Source of the DNA: Actinomycetota bacterium | Lineage (GTDB): Bacteria; Actinomycetota; CALGFH01 | NCBI GenBank assembly: GCA_035535495.1 | Contig: DATLQA010000233.1 | Span: forward strand, 10,734-74,733 | Length of the DNA stretch: 64,000 nt | Direction: 5' to 3' | Shown: positions 27,407-37,287 of the stretch, in pieces | Layout: every line of letters begins with the position of its first letter | Position numbering within the stretch: position 1 is the first letter of the stretch | Translations under genes and position numbers: made by a program | The notes under the pieces: model-generated | Databases searched by the model: none | Told to the model about the DNA's origin: nothing | Seen by the model: only the letters and a program-made list of their open reading frames with translations

Positions 27407-29044
27407 TCAGCCCCTGGCGCCGGTCAGCAGCAGCAGCGGCAGCCGGCCGCTGTTGGCCCTGCGGGCGGTCGGGGCCGCCTTGCCCCAGACCGGCCCGCCG
27501 TCGCCGGCCTCGGCGAGCACCAGCCACACCCGACCCGAGCGGGTCCGGGCGGTGGCCTCGCGGACGGCCGCCTCCGCGCCCGGCTGCCCGCGCTGGTGGG
27601 TGACCACCAGCTCCGGCCGGTCCGGGTAGTCCACCTGGAACAGCACGGCCGTGTCGCTCTGGGTGGGCGTGAAGGTGGGCCGGTCCGGCCAGTAGTAGGC
27701 GAACGCGAACGAGGCGTTGCGGCCGACCAGCACCACGTCGCCCGGCCGCCGGTTCTCGAGCACGAAGGCGACCTGCTGGCGCAGGGTGCTGCCCGGCATC
27801 GGCCTGCGGACCGCCTCGCGGCTCGCCGGCACCAGCAGCGCGGCCGCCAGCCCGGCGGCGGCCAGCCCCACCGGGACCGTCGCCGGCCGCCGGAACGACC
27901 AGGCGACCAGCGCGCCGACGCCGAGCCCGGCGCAGACGGTGAACAGCACGGTGACGAACAGGCTGGTCCGCTCGTCCAGGAACGGGTACCGGTGGGCCGC
28001 GCCCGCGACCACCAGCTCGGCCAGCAGGACCGGCACCGCCAGCGCGGTCGCCGGCAGGCGCCCGCGCCACAGCGCCGCCAGGCCGCCCAGCGCCAGCACG
28101 ACGGCGAGCGCCCAGGGCCCGAACCCGGCTCGGCCGAGCGTCTCGGCCAGACGGGTGGCGACGAACGAGACCGCCCGGCCGGGCCCCTCGGACACCGGGA
28201 CGAAGGCGTACCCCCAGTACCGCTGCATGGCCGCGTTGTCGCCCACCGACAGGAACACCAGGAAGACGGCCGCCTCGACGGCACCGGCGACGAGCCCGAG
28301 CCCGAGGACCTGGCGCAGCCGCCCCCAGCGCCGCTCCGCCAGGCAGCGCAGCGCGAGCGCGCCGAACACCGCCGCCGAGGCGAACACGGCCGCGTGGCTG
28401 ACCAGCACCGCCGCCGCGCAGGCCACGCACAGGACCAGCAGCCGCCAGGGGCCGCGGCGCTCCGGCCCGGTCCAGTCCGCCTCGACGCGGGCACCGAGCC
28501 AGAGCAGCAGCAGGGTCACGAACACGTCGCCGGTGTACTGCTTGAGGTCGTCGTTGGCGATGGCGCTCGGGGCGATCGCCGCGGCCACGCCGGCGGCGAC
28601 CGCCTGGACCCGTCCCAGCCGCCGGCCGAGCAGGTAGGCGGGCACCACCGCCGCCACCGCGAACGCGATCGGCAGCAGCCGCAGCCGCTCGGGCGGCCCG
28701 ATCTCCGGGACCAGGCGCAGCAGCGACGTCCAGCCGATCGGCGTGGACGAGGTCAGCATGCGCAGCTGGTGGAACGGGGCGCGGACCGAGTCGGCGACCC
28801 AGCCCTCGTCCAGCCAGAACGAGTGCGACAGCAGGTAGCCGAGCCGGCGGCTCACCGTCGCCAGGACGAGCAGGACGGCGACCAGGCCGAGCTCGACCGC
28901 CGGGTGGCGGGCCAGCCGCCGCCAGCCCCCGGCGCGCGGCTGGCGCGGCGCGGCCGGTCGGGCGGGCGCCGCGCCGTGCCGCTCGACCGGCGGCCTCCTC
29001 TGGTCCACCGCCGCCCGTGGCCCTGGGTGCTGGCTGTCGGTCAT
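27407..29044 (-). CDS. Polytopic membrane protein, GT-C / ArnT-PMT-like (putative glycosyltransferase)
   Basis: 545 aa with 11 or more TM helices. A DEGW motif sits in the first loop. The soluble C-terminal domain is probably periplasmic. The rest of the 1267-aa ORF is a GC artefact. Confidence 0.55.
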   Translation of the reverse strand: MTDSQHPGPRAAVDQRRPPVERHGAAPARPAAPRQPRAGGWRRLARHPAVELGLVAVLLVLATVSRRLGYLLSHSFWLDEGWVADSVRAPFHQLRMLTSSTPIGWTSLLRLVPEIGPPERLRLLPIAFAVAAVVPAYLLGRRLGRVQAVAAGVAAAIAPSAIANDDLKQYTGDVFVTLLLLWLGARVEADWTGPERRGPWRLLVLCVACAAAVLVSHAAVFASAAVFGALALRCLAERRWGRLRQVLGLGLVAGAVEAAVFLVFLSVGDNAAMQRYWGYAFVPVSEGPGRAVSFVATRLAETLGRAGFGPWALAVVLALGGLAALWRGRLPATALAVPVLLAELVVAGAAHRYPFLDERTSLFVTVLFTVCAGLGVGALVAWSFRRPATVPVGLAAAGLAAALLVPASREAVRRPMPGSTLRQQVAFVLENRRPGDVVLVGRNASFAFAYYWPDRPTFTPTQSDTAVLFQVDYPDRPELVVTHQRGQPGAEAAVREATARTRSGRVWLVLAEAGDGGPVWGKAAPTARRANSGRLPLLLLTGARG

Positions 29045-29215
29045 GACCGCGAATTGTGGCACAGACGCGCGAGTGAACGTCCTGGCCGGCGGCGCCGGGG
29101 ATGTACGCCGTGCGCCGGTATACTCCGGGAGTCCCGGGCCGGTCGGGCCGGGACGTTCGGTTGCAGGATCCCGATGGTCACGCTGCTCGCCGACGGCGAG
29201 CGAGGAGAGGCACGC

Positions 29216-30076
29216 ATGGCGAGTGCGGCCGACGCCCGCGCCCTTGCCCAGACCCGGGTCCGCTGGGAACTGCTGGCGAACCTGGTGCGCAAGGACCTCA
29301 AGGTCAAATACAAGAACTCGGCCCTCGGCTTCGCCTGGTCGCTGGCCAACCCGCTGCTCTACCTGGCGGTGTTCTCGATCGTGTTCAGCGGGTTCCTGCT
29401 GCGCGGCGGCGTCCCCAGGTTCGCGGTCTACCTGATGTCCGGGCTGCTGGTCTGGAACTTCTTCGCCACCGCCACGATGGGCGCCACCGGCGCCGTCACC
29501 GGCAGCGCCAACCTGGTCAAGAAGGTCCGCTTCCCGCGCATCGTGCTGCCGCTGGCCTCGGTCGGCTTCGCCGGCGTGCACTTCGTGCTCCAGCTCGGGG
29601 TGCTGTTCGTGGTCCTGGTGCCGCTGCACCGGACCGCGTTCGGGGCGCAACTCTGGCTGGCCGTGCCCGCGCTCGCGGTGGCGGTGGCCTTCACCGTGGG
29701 GATGAGCCTGCTCGCCTCCAGCCTCAACGTCCGCTTCCGCGACGTCGAGCACCTGCTGGAGGTCGCCCTGCTCGCCTGGTTCTGGCTCACCCCGATCGTC
29801 TACCCGGTCGCGCTGGTCAAGGAGCGGCTGGGCGAGCTGTTCTGGCTCTACATGGCCAACCCGATGGCCACCGTGGTGGTGGCGATGCAGCGGGCGATCT
29901 ACGCCGACGCCGCCCCGATCGGCAAGGACGGCGTGGCCGTGCCCGTCCTGGCCGACGGCGGCTACGCCTTCTACCTCAGGTGGCTCGGCATCACCGGGCT
30001 GGTGTCGCTGGGGCTGATCGCGATCGGGTTGTTCACCTTCCGCCGGCTGGAAGCCGACTTCGCCGAGGAGCTGTAG
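29216..30076 (+). CDS. wzm: ABC-2 type polysaccharide export permease (Wzm)
   Basis: Six TM helices. ABC-2 signature KDLKVKYKNSALGFAWSLANP. GAGGAGAGG ribosome-binding site. Confidence 0.85.
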   Translation: MASAADARALAQTRVRWELLANLVRKDLKVKYKNSALGFAWSLANPLLYLAVFSIVFSGFLLRGGVPRFAVYLMSGLLVWNFFATATMGATGAVTGSANLVKKVRFPRIVLPLASVGFAGVHFVLQLGVLFVVLVPLHRTAFGAQLWLAVPALAVAVAFTVGMSLLASSLNVRFRDVEHLLEVALLAWFWLTPIVYPVALVKERLGELFWLYMANPMATVVVAMQRAIYADAAPIGKDGVAVPVLADGGYAFYLRWLGITGLVSLGLIAIGLFTFRRLEADFAEEL

Positions 30077-30079
30077 CCG

Positions 30080-31267
30080 GTGGGCGGCGAGGCGATCACG
30101 GCCCGCGGGGTCGGCAAGCGGTTCCAGCTCCACCACAAGCGGGCCACCAGCCTGAAGGAGCGGCTGCTGCTGGCCCGCTCCTCCTCGTCGGAGGACTTCT
30201 GGGCCCTGCGCGACGTCGACCTGGCCGTCGGCCAGGCGGAGACGGTCGGCCTGATCGGGCCCAACGGCTCCGGCAAGTCCACCCTGCTCAAGGTGCTGGC
30301 CGGCATCCTCGCGCCGACCAAGGGCGAGGTCGAGGTCCGCGGCCGCATCGCTTCGCTGCTGGAGCTGGGCGCCGGCTTCAGCGGCGAGCTGACCGGCCGC
30401 GAGAACGTCTACCTGAACGCCTCCATCCTCGGCCTGACCCGGCGCGAGATCGACCGGCAGTTCGACAGCATCGTGGACTTCGCCGAGCTGGAACCGTTCA
30501 TCGACAACCAGGTCAAGCACTACTCGTCGGGCATGTACGTCCGGCTCGGCTTCGCCGTGGCGGCACACGTCGATCCGGACGTGCTCCTGGTCGACGAGGT
30601 GCTGGCCGTCGGCGACGAGGCCTTCGCCGCCAAGTGCCTGGCCAAGGTGGCCGAGTTCCAGGCCCAGGGCCGCACCATCCTGTTCGTCACCCACGGCCTC
30701 GACCAGGTCAGCCAGGTCTGCGACCGGGCGGTCGTGCTCAACCAGGGGCGGGTGCTGTTCGACGGCGAACCCGCCGAGGCGGTCTCCAAGCTCCGCGCCT
30801 TCCTCGGCACCTCCGAGGACCCGGCCGCCGGGCTCGGCGGCGACGGGCTGCTGGAGATCGTCGACGCGCACGTGATCGACCCGGCCGCCGGCGGCGAGCA
30901 GCTCGACTTCCACGTCGGCGACAAGCTCGCCATCGACGTGATCGTCAAGGGCAGGGCGGAGGCCCCGGCGGCCGACCTCCGCCTGGTGGTGACCGGCCCG
31001 GCCGACTACCCGATGTTCCTGATGGAGAGCCCGCCTGGGGTGGTGCCGGCCGGCGGGGCGGTGCACACCGTCCGCTTCCTCCTCCCCGCCTTCCCCTCCC
31101 TGCAGGGGCTGTTCTCGCTGTCGGTGGCGCTGATCCGCTCGGGCGGCAAGGACGTGCTCGACGCCCGCCGCTTCGGCGAGCGGATCCGCGTGTACGGCCC
31201 CGCCACCCACGGCTTCCAGCTGGTCGACTTCGAGACCGAGCTGCTCCCGCCCGAGGACCGGCCATGA
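30080..31267 (+). CDS. wzt: ABC transporter ATP-binding protein (Wzt) with a C-terminal extension of about 150 aa, in the position of a terminal-modification-recognising carbohydrate-binding domain
   Basis: Walker A GPNGSGKST, signature YSSGMYVRL, Walker B LLVDEVL. The C-terminal extension (residues about 250-395) is annotated by analogy to Wzt_C. GTG start 4 nt after the wzm stop. Confidence 0.85.
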   Translation: MGGEAITARGVGKRFQLHHKRATSLKERLLLARSSSSEDFWALRDVDLAVGQAETVGLIGPNGSGKSTLLKVLAGILAPTKGEVEVRGRIASLLELGAGFSGELTGRENVYLNASILGLTRREIDRQFDSIVDFAELEPFIDNQVKHYSSGMYVRLGFAVAAHVDPDVLLVDEVLAVGDEAFAAKCLAKVAEFQAQGRTILFVTHGLDQVSQVCDRAVVLNQGRVLFDGEPAEAVSKLRAFLGTSEDPAAGLGGDGLLEIVDAHVIDPAAGGEQLDFHVGDKLAIDVIVKGRAEAPAADLRLVVTGPADYPMFLMESPPGVVPAGGAVHTVRFLLPAFPSLQGLFSLSVALIRSGGKDVLDARRFGERIRVYGPATHGFQLVDFETELLPPEDRP

Positions 31268-32631
31268 CCGGCGCCGCGCCGCTGGTCACCGTGGTGATCG
31301 TCAACTGGAACGGCGCCCACCTCCTGCCCGCCTGCCTGGACGCGCTGGCCGCCCAGGACCTGCCGGAGGGGCGCATGGCGGTGTGGGTGGTCGACAACGC
31401 CTCGACCGACCCCTCCCGCGAGCTGCTCGCGCGCGACTACCCGTGGGTGAAGGTGCTCGCCAACACCCGCAACGACGGCTTCGCCGGCGGCAACAACGTC
31501 GCCCTGCGCCAGGTGGACACGCCCTACGTGACCCTGCTCAACAACGACGCCCGGCCCGCGCCCGACTGGCTCGCCCGCCTGCTGGAGCCGTTCGAGGCGC
31601 CGGGTTCCGAGCGGCTGGCCGCGGCCACCTCCAAGCTGGTCTTCCTGCCCCGCTTCGTGTCGCTGCGGGTGTCGATGCCCGGCTTCGTGCCTGGCGGCCT
31701 CGACCCACGCGAACTGGGCGCCCGGGTCTACCAGGTGACCGTGAACGGCGCCGACGTCACCGAGCAGGTGCTCTGGGACCAGGTCGCCTACGGCCCGGAA
31801 GGGGAGGGTGCCTGGCGCTTCCGCTGGCTCCGCCCGGCCGGCACCCTGCTGGTCCCCGTCGCGGAGGAGGGCGGGCCTGCTACCGGGCCGTTCCGCCTCG
31901 GCCTCCGCCTGGCCGCCGAGACCGCCAAGGCGGTCGAGGTCGCCTTCCCGGGCGGCACCGCCACCGTCAAGGCGACCCAGGAGGTGGCCGACGCCGAGGT
32001 CGACCTGCCGGCCGGCGTCCAGCTGGTGGACGTGCTCAACAACGCCGGCGGCAAGGTGTTCGCCGACGGCTACGGCGCCGACCGCGCCTACCAGGAACCC
32101 GACCTCGGCCAGTACGAGCACGCCGAGGAGGTGTTCACCTTCTGCGGCGCGGCGGTGTGCTTCCGCACCGAGGCGCTGCGCGAGGCGGGCTTCTTCGACG
32201 ACGACTTCTTCCTCTACTACGAGGACACCGACCTGGCCTGGCGGCTCCGCGCGCTCGGCTGGTCGATCGGCTACCAGCCGGCCGCGGTGGTGCGCCACAT
32301 CCACTCGGCCTCCTCCAAGGAGTGGTCGCCGCTGTTCATCTTCCACGTGGACCGCAACCGGCTGCTGATGCTGACCAAGAACGCCAGCGCCCCACTCGCC
32401 GTCCGCGAGGTGCTGCGCTACCCGCTGACCACCGCCTCGCTGGCCCTGCGGGAGGTCGCCAGGGCGCGCCAGTCCCGCCGCCGCCCGCCGGTGCGGCCGA
32501 CCCTGCTCCGCCTCCGGGTCTGCGCCTCCTACCTGCGCCTGCTCCCAGCCATGCTGGCCCGCCGCCGCGACCTGGCCCGCCGCGCCCGCGTCGACCGCGG
32601 CCAGCTCGAGCGCTGGCTGGTGCCGCGCTGA
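31264..32631 (+). CDS. GT2 family glycosyltransferase (WbbL/GlfT1-like, with an insertion)
   Basis: VTVVIVNWNG, VVDNASTD and YYEDTD motifs. ATGA overlap with wzt. Confidence 0.8.
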   Translation: MTGAAPLVTVVIVNWNGAHLLPACLDALAAQDLPEGRMAVWVVDNASTDPSRELLARDYPWVKVLANTRNDGFAGGNNVALRQVDTPYVTLLNNDARPAPDWLARLLEPFEAPGSERLAAATSKLVFLPRFVSLRVSMPGFVPGGLDPRELGARVYQVTVNGADVTEQVLWDQVAYGPEGEGAWRFRWLRPAGTLLVPVAEEGGPATGPFRLGLRLAAETAKAVEVAFPGGTATVKATQEVADAEVDLPAGVQLVDVLNNAGGKVFADGYGADRAYQEPDLGQYEHAEEVFTFCGAAVCFRTEALREAGFFDDDFFLYYEDTDLAWRLRALGWSIGYQPAAVVRHIHSASSKEWSPLFIFHVDRNRLLMLTKNASAPLAVREVLRYPLTTASLALREVARARQSRRRPPVRPTLLRLRVCASYLRLLPAMLARRRDLARRARVDRGQLERWLVPR

Positions 32632-32635
32632 GCCC

Positions 32636-33748
32636 ATGAAGGTCGCGCTCGACGCCACCCCGCTGCTCGGCGTCCGCACCGGCGTCGGGCAGTACGTCCA
32701 CGGCCTGGTCTCCGGCATGGTGCAGCTCGGCGAGCCCGACGAGCTGGTGCTGGTCCCGTTCAGCTGGCGTGGCACCAGGGACCTGCCCGCGGCCGCGCCC
32801 GAGGGCCCGCTGGTGCGCGTCGGCCGCCGCCGGGTACCCGCCCGGCTGCTGGTCCAGGCCTGGTCGCGGCTGCCGCTTCCGCCGGTGGAGTGGCTCGCCG
32901 GACGGGTCGACGTCTTCCACGCCACCAACTTCGTGTTGCCGCCCGCCCGCCGCGCGGCCGGCGTGCTCACCATCCACGACCTCACCTACCTGCGCTTTCC
33001 GGCGATGGTCACGGCCGCGACGGCGCGCTACACCACCCTGGTGCCGCGCGGCCTCGCCCGCGGGGCGACCGTCTGCACGCCCACCAGGGCGGTGGCCGCC
33101 GAGGTGATGGAGGCCTACCGGGTGCCGCCGGAGCGGGTGGTGGTGACCCCGCTCGGCGTCGGCCGGGCCTGGTCGGAGGGGCGCCCGCCCGAGCCGGCCT
33201 GGCTCGACGCCCACACCCTGCCAGCGCGCTACCTGCTGTTCGTCGGCAGCCGCGAGCCTCGCAAGGGCCTCGAGGTCCTGCTCGCCGCCTACCGCGAGCT
33301 GCTCGCCGACGAGCCGGGCGCCCCGCCGCTGGTGCTCGCCGGGCCGCCCGGCTGGGGCGAGGCGCTGGATCTCGACGGCCTGCCGGACGGGGCCGTGCGC
33401 ATGCCCGGCTACCTGCCGGAGCCCGATCTGATGCGGCTGGTCGCCGGTGCCGCCGCGCTGGTCTTCTCCTCCCGTTACGAGGGCTTCGGCCTGCCGCCGC
33501 TGCAGGCGCTGGCCTGCGGCACCCCGGTGGTGGCGTCCGACCTGCCGGCGCTCAGGGAGGTCCTCGGCGACCAGGCCGAGTTCGTCCCCGTCGGCGACCA
33601 CGCCGCGCTCGCCGCCGCGCTCGCCGCGGTGCTGAAAGACGACGGCGGCGCGGCGGGCAGGTCCGCCAGGCGCGACCACGCCGCGGCCTTCACCTGGGAG
33701 GACTGCGCGCGCGCCACGCTCACCGCCTACCAGCGTGCCCTGGCATGA
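32636..33748 (+). CDS. GT4 glycosyltransferase (putative mannosyltransferase), first of three in tandem
   Basis: EGFGLPPLQALACGTPVV signature. Confidence 0.8.
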   Translation: MKVALDATPLLGVRTGVGQYVHGLVSGMVQLGEPDELVLVPFSWRGTRDLPAAAPEGPLVRVGRRRVPARLLVQAWSRLPLPPVEWLAGRVDVFHATNFVLPPARRAAGVLTIHDLTYLRFPAMVTAATARYTTLVPRGLARGATVCTPTRAVAAEVMEAYRVPPERVVVTPLGVGRAWSEGRPPEPAWLDAHTLPARYLLFVGSREPRKGLEVLLAAYRELLADEPGAPPLVLAGPPGWGEALDLDGLPDGAVRMPGYLPEPDLMRLVAGAAALVFSSRYEGFGLPPLQALACGTPVVASDLPALREVLGDQAEFVPVGDHAALAAALAAVLKDDGGAAGRSARRDHAAAFTWEDCARATLTAYQRALA

Positions 33749-34962
33749 ACGCTCCAGGCCCGGCGTCAGCTCCGCCGCCTCCGGCCGAGCCCGAGCCGGG
33801 CGACCGCCCCGGTCCGCTGCCCGGCGGCGGTCGCGCCACCAGCCTGCGCGCCGGCGTGGTCGCCGAGCAGCTGTTCGGCCCCGTGCCCGGGGGGATCGGC
33901 CGCTACGTCGGCGCGCTCGCCCGCCACCTGCCCGCCGTGGCCGCGGCCGCCGATCCCGGCGGGAGCATCCGCTGGATCACCGGCCGGCACCCGCCAGAGC
34001 GGCTCGCCGCGGCCGGGCTCGACCCGTCGGCGACCACCACCCTGGCGCTGCCGGGCAGGCTGGCCACCCGCGCCTGGGTCAGCCTGCGCCGCCCCCGCCT
34101 GCCGGGCCGGCTGGTCGCCGAGCTCGACCTGGTCCACGCGACCAGCGCGGCCGTGCCGCCCGCCACCGGCCGCGCCCTGGTCGCCACCGTCCACGACCTC
34201 GGCTTCCGCCACCACCCCGAGACCTACCCGGCCGCCGGCCGCCGCTTCCACGAGCGCGCCACCCGCATCGTGGTGGCCGAGGCCGCCCGCGTGCTGGTGC
34301 CGTCGGCGGCGACCGGCTTCGACCTGACCGACCTCTACGGCCTGGAGCCCAGCCGGGTGGCGGTCACCGCGCTCGGCGTCGACCTCCCCGAGCCCGACCC
34401 GGCGCCGGCCCGCCTCCTCTTGGCCGAGCTCGGCGTGCGCGGGCCGTTCCTGCTCGCGGTCGGCACCCTCGAGCCACGCAAGAACCTGCGCCGGCTGCTG
34501 GCCGCGTTCGCGGCCAGCGCCCAGGAGCTGCCCGACCACCATCTGGTGGTGGCCGGGCCGGTCGGCTGGGGCCCGGCGCTCCGCCCGACCTACGAGTCGG
34601 TCAGGGTCAAGCTGGCCGGCCCGGTCGACGACGTCACCCTGCACGGCCTCTACGACGCCGCCGACGGCCTCGCCTATCCGAGCCTGTACGAGGGCTTCGG
34701 CCTGCCGGTGCTGGAGGCGATGGCCCACGGTACCCCGGTGCTGACCAGCGACCGCTCCAGCCTGCCCGAGGTCGCCGGCGACGCCGCCCTGCTGGTGGAC
34801 CATGACGACGAGGACGCCATCGCCGCCGGGCTGGTGCGCCTGGTCGGCGACCAGGCGCTGCGGGCCCGGCTGGCCGCCGCCGGCCGGCGGCGGGCGGCGC
34901 GCTACACCTGGCCGGCGACCGCCGCCGCGACCTGGGCGGCCTACCAGGAGGCGCTGGCGTGA
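33745..34962 (+). CDS. GT4 glycosyltransferase, second of three
   Basis: EGFGLPVLEAMAHGTPVL. ATGA overlap with the previous gene. Confidence 0.8.
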   Translation: MNAPGPASAPPPPAEPEPGDRPGPLPGGGRATSLRAGVVAEQLFGPVPGGIGRYVGALARHLPAVAAAADPGGSIRWITGRHPPERLAAAGLDPSATTTLALPGRLATRAWVSLRRPRLPGRLVAELDLVHATSAAVPPATGRALVATVHDLGFRHHPETYPAAGRRFHERATRIVVAEAARVLVPSAATGFDLTDLYGLEPSRVAVTALGVDLPEPDPAPARLLLAELGVRGPFLLAVGTLEPRKNLRRLLAAFAASAQELPDHHLVVAGPVGWGPALRPTYESVRVKLAGPVDDVTLHGLYDAADGLAYPSLYEGFGLPVLEAMAHGTPVLTSDRSSLPEVAGDAALLVDHDDEDAIAAGLVRLVGDQALRARLAAAGRRRAARYTWPATAAATWAAYQEALA

Positions 34963-36107
34963 CCCTGCCGTTGCGGGTGGGGGTCGACGCCACCGCCATC
35001 CCGGCACGGCTCACCGGCGCCGGCATCTACGCCGCCGGGCTGCTCAGTACGCTCGCCCGCCGCGACGACGTCGACCTGGAGGTGCTCGCCAGCGCGGCCG
35101 CCGCCGAGATCCTCGCCGCTCCGGGTCTGCGCCTGCGGGTGGTCGCCGCGGCCGGGGCCGGCCGGCCCGTCCGGATCGCCTGGACGCAGCTGGCCGCCGG
35201 CCGCGCCGTCCGCCGCGCCGGCAACCAGGTCTTCCACGGCCTCCACTACGAGCTGCCGTACCGTGCCTCGCTGCCGCAGGTGGTCACCGTCCACGACCTC
35301 ACCATGGTCACCCATCCGGAGTGGCACGAGCCGGCCAAGGTCCGCTACTTCGGCTGGGCGATGCGCCGCGCGGTCCAGGCCGCCGACCGGGTCCTGTGCG
35401 TCTCGGCGACCACCGCCCACGACCTGGCCGAGCACCTCGGCGTGGCACCGGACCGGGTGGACGTCACCCCGCTCGGCACCGACCTCGCCCCCGCCTCCGA
35501 GCGGGAGATCGCCGACCTGCGCGACCGGCTCGGCCTCGACGGCCCGTTCCTGCTCGGGCTCGGCACCCTGGAGCCCCGCAAGGACCTGCCCACCCTGGTG
35601 CGGGCGTTCGCCACCCTGGCCGGCGAGCTGCCCCACGCCCTGGTGCTTGCCGGCCTGCCCGGCTGGGGCGCCGGCGAGCTGGCCGCCGCGGTCGAGGCCA
35701 GCGGCGTGGCCGACCGCATCCACCTGCCCGGCTACGTCTCCGAAGCCGACAAGGCGGCCCTGCTCAGCGGCGCCGACCTGCTCGTCTACCCGAGCCGCTA
35801 CGAGGGCTTCGGCCTGCCGGTGCTGGAGGCGATGGCGTGCGGCACCCCGGTGGTGACCACCACCGGCGGGTCGCTGCCGGAGGTCGCCGGCGACGCCGCC
35901 CTGCTGGTCGAGCCCGGCGATCCCGAGCAGCTCGCCGCGGCGGTGGTGAAGCTCCTCGGCGACCAGGCGGCCTGGAGCGACCTGGCCCGCCGCGGCTACG
36001 CCAGGGCGGCCGGCTTCACCTGGGAGCGCTGCGCCGAGCTGACCCTCGCCGCCTACCGGAAGGCCGCCGCCGGCGGGCCCGCGCGCCCGAGCGGCGGCAC
36101 CCCGTAG
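34959..36107 (+). CDS. GT4 glycosyltransferase, third of three
   Basis: EGFGLPVLEAMACGTPVV. GTGA overlap with the previous gene. Confidence 0.8.
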   Translation: MTLPLRVGVDATAIPARLTGAGIYAAGLLSTLARRDDVDLEVLASAAAAEILAAPGLRLRVVAAAGAGRPVRIAWTQLAAGRAVRRAGNQVFHGLHYELPYRASLPQVVTVHDLTMVTHPEWHEPAKVRYFGWAMRRAVQAADRVLCVSATTAHDLAEHLGVAPDRVDVTPLGTDLAPASEREIADLRDRLGLDGPFLLGLGTLEPRKDLPTLVRAFATLAGELPHALVLAGLPGWGAGELAAAVEASGVADRIHLPGYVSEADKAALLSGADLLVYPSRYEGFGLPVLEAMACGTPVVTTTGGSLPEVAGDAALLVEPGDPEQLAAAVVKLLGDQAAWSDLARRGYARAAGFTWERCAELTLAAYRKAAAGGPARPSGGTP

Positions 36108-36145
36108 ACTGCGGCCATCGCCAGCGCCGCAAGGAGACCGAACCC

Positions 36146-37264
36146 GTGCAAGCCGTCATCCTCGCCGGAGGCTTCGGCACCCGCCTCCGCCCCCTCACCA
36201 CCACCCGGCCGAAGCCGCTGATCCCCTTCGCCAACGAGCCGTTCCTGCTGCACAACCTCCGCCAGCTCGCCGCCGCCGGCCTCAACGAGGTGGTCCTTTC
36301 CACCATGTACCTGCCGGAGGCGTTCGACGAGCTGCTGCCGGCGGCCCGCAAGGCCGGGGTCGAGGTGACGCTCTCCTCCGAGGACACCCCGATGGGCACC
36401 TCGGGCGCGGTCAAGCGCCTGTCACACCTGCTGCACTCCACCTTCCTGGTGCTCAACGGCGACATCCTGGTGGACCTGGACTTCCAGCGCCTGGTCGCGC
36501 GGCACCTCGAACGCAAGGCGGCCGCCACCCTGGCGCTGGTGCGCGTGCCCGACCCGAGCGCGTTCGGCCTGGTCCCGGTCGACGGCGACGGGCGCGTGGC
36601 GGCGTTCCTGGAGAAGCCGGGCCCGGACGAGGACCGCTGGGTGACCGACCTGATCAACGCGGGCGTGTACGTGCTGGAGCCGTCGGTGCTCGAGCACGTG
36701 CCAGCGGGCCAACCCTCATCCTTCGAGCGAGACCTGTTCCCCAGCCTGCTCGCCTCGGGCGCGTCCGTCTACGGCTACGAGCTGTACGGCTACTGGCGCG
36801 ACCTCGGCACGCCCATCGCCTACCTGCAGGCCCAGGCCGACCTGCTCGAAGGCCGGCTGCACCTGCCCATCAACGCCACCGAGCGCCGCCGCAACCAGTA
36901 CATCGCCGACAACGCCGAGATCGACGAGGGCGCGGTGCTGCGCGGCCCGATCATGGTCGGCGCCGGCGCCCGCATCGAGGACGAGGCCCGCGTGTTCGGT
37001 CCGTCGGTGCTCGGACCCGGCGCAGTGGTCCGCGGCGGGGCCCGCCTGGAGCGCTCGGTGCTGCTCGAGAACGCGCGCCTGGAGCCGGGCGCCAAGGTCT
37101 CCGACTCGATCATCGGCAGCGAGGTGGTGGTCGGCTCCGGCGCGGTGGTCGGTGACGGCACCATCCTCGGCGACCGGGTGGTGATCGAGGACGGCAACGT
37201 GCTCGCCGGCGGCCTCCGCGTCGCCCCCGGCGTCCACCTCGGCCCCGGCGCCATCCGCGTCTGA
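36146..37264 (+). CDS. manC: Mannose-1-phosphate guanylyltransferase (GDP-mannose pyrophosphorylase; nucleotidyltransferase plus LbH)
   Basis: AVILAGGFGTRLRPLT N-terminus. 372 aa. AAGGAGA ribosome-binding site and a GTG start. Confidence 0.85.
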   Translation: MQAVILAGGFGTRLRPLTTTRPKPLIPFANEPFLLHNLRQLAAAGLNEVVLSTMYLPEAFDELLPAARKAGVEVTLSSEDTPMGTSGAVKRLSHLLHSTFLVLNGDILVDLDFQRLVARHLERKAAATLALVRVPDPSAFGLVPVDGDGRVAAFLEKPGPDEDRWVTDLINAGVYVLEPSVLEHVPAGQPSSFERDLFPSLLASGASVYGYELYGYWRDLGTPIAYLQAQADLLEGRLHLPINATERRRNQYIADNAEIDEGAVLRGPIMVGAGARIEDEARVFGPSVLGPGAVVRGGARLERSVLLENARLEPGAKVSDSIIGSEVVVGSGAVVGDGTILGDRVVIEDGNVLAGGLRVAPGVHLGPGAIRV

Positions 37265-37287
37265 GGGCGGCCGCGCCGGCGCCTGGG

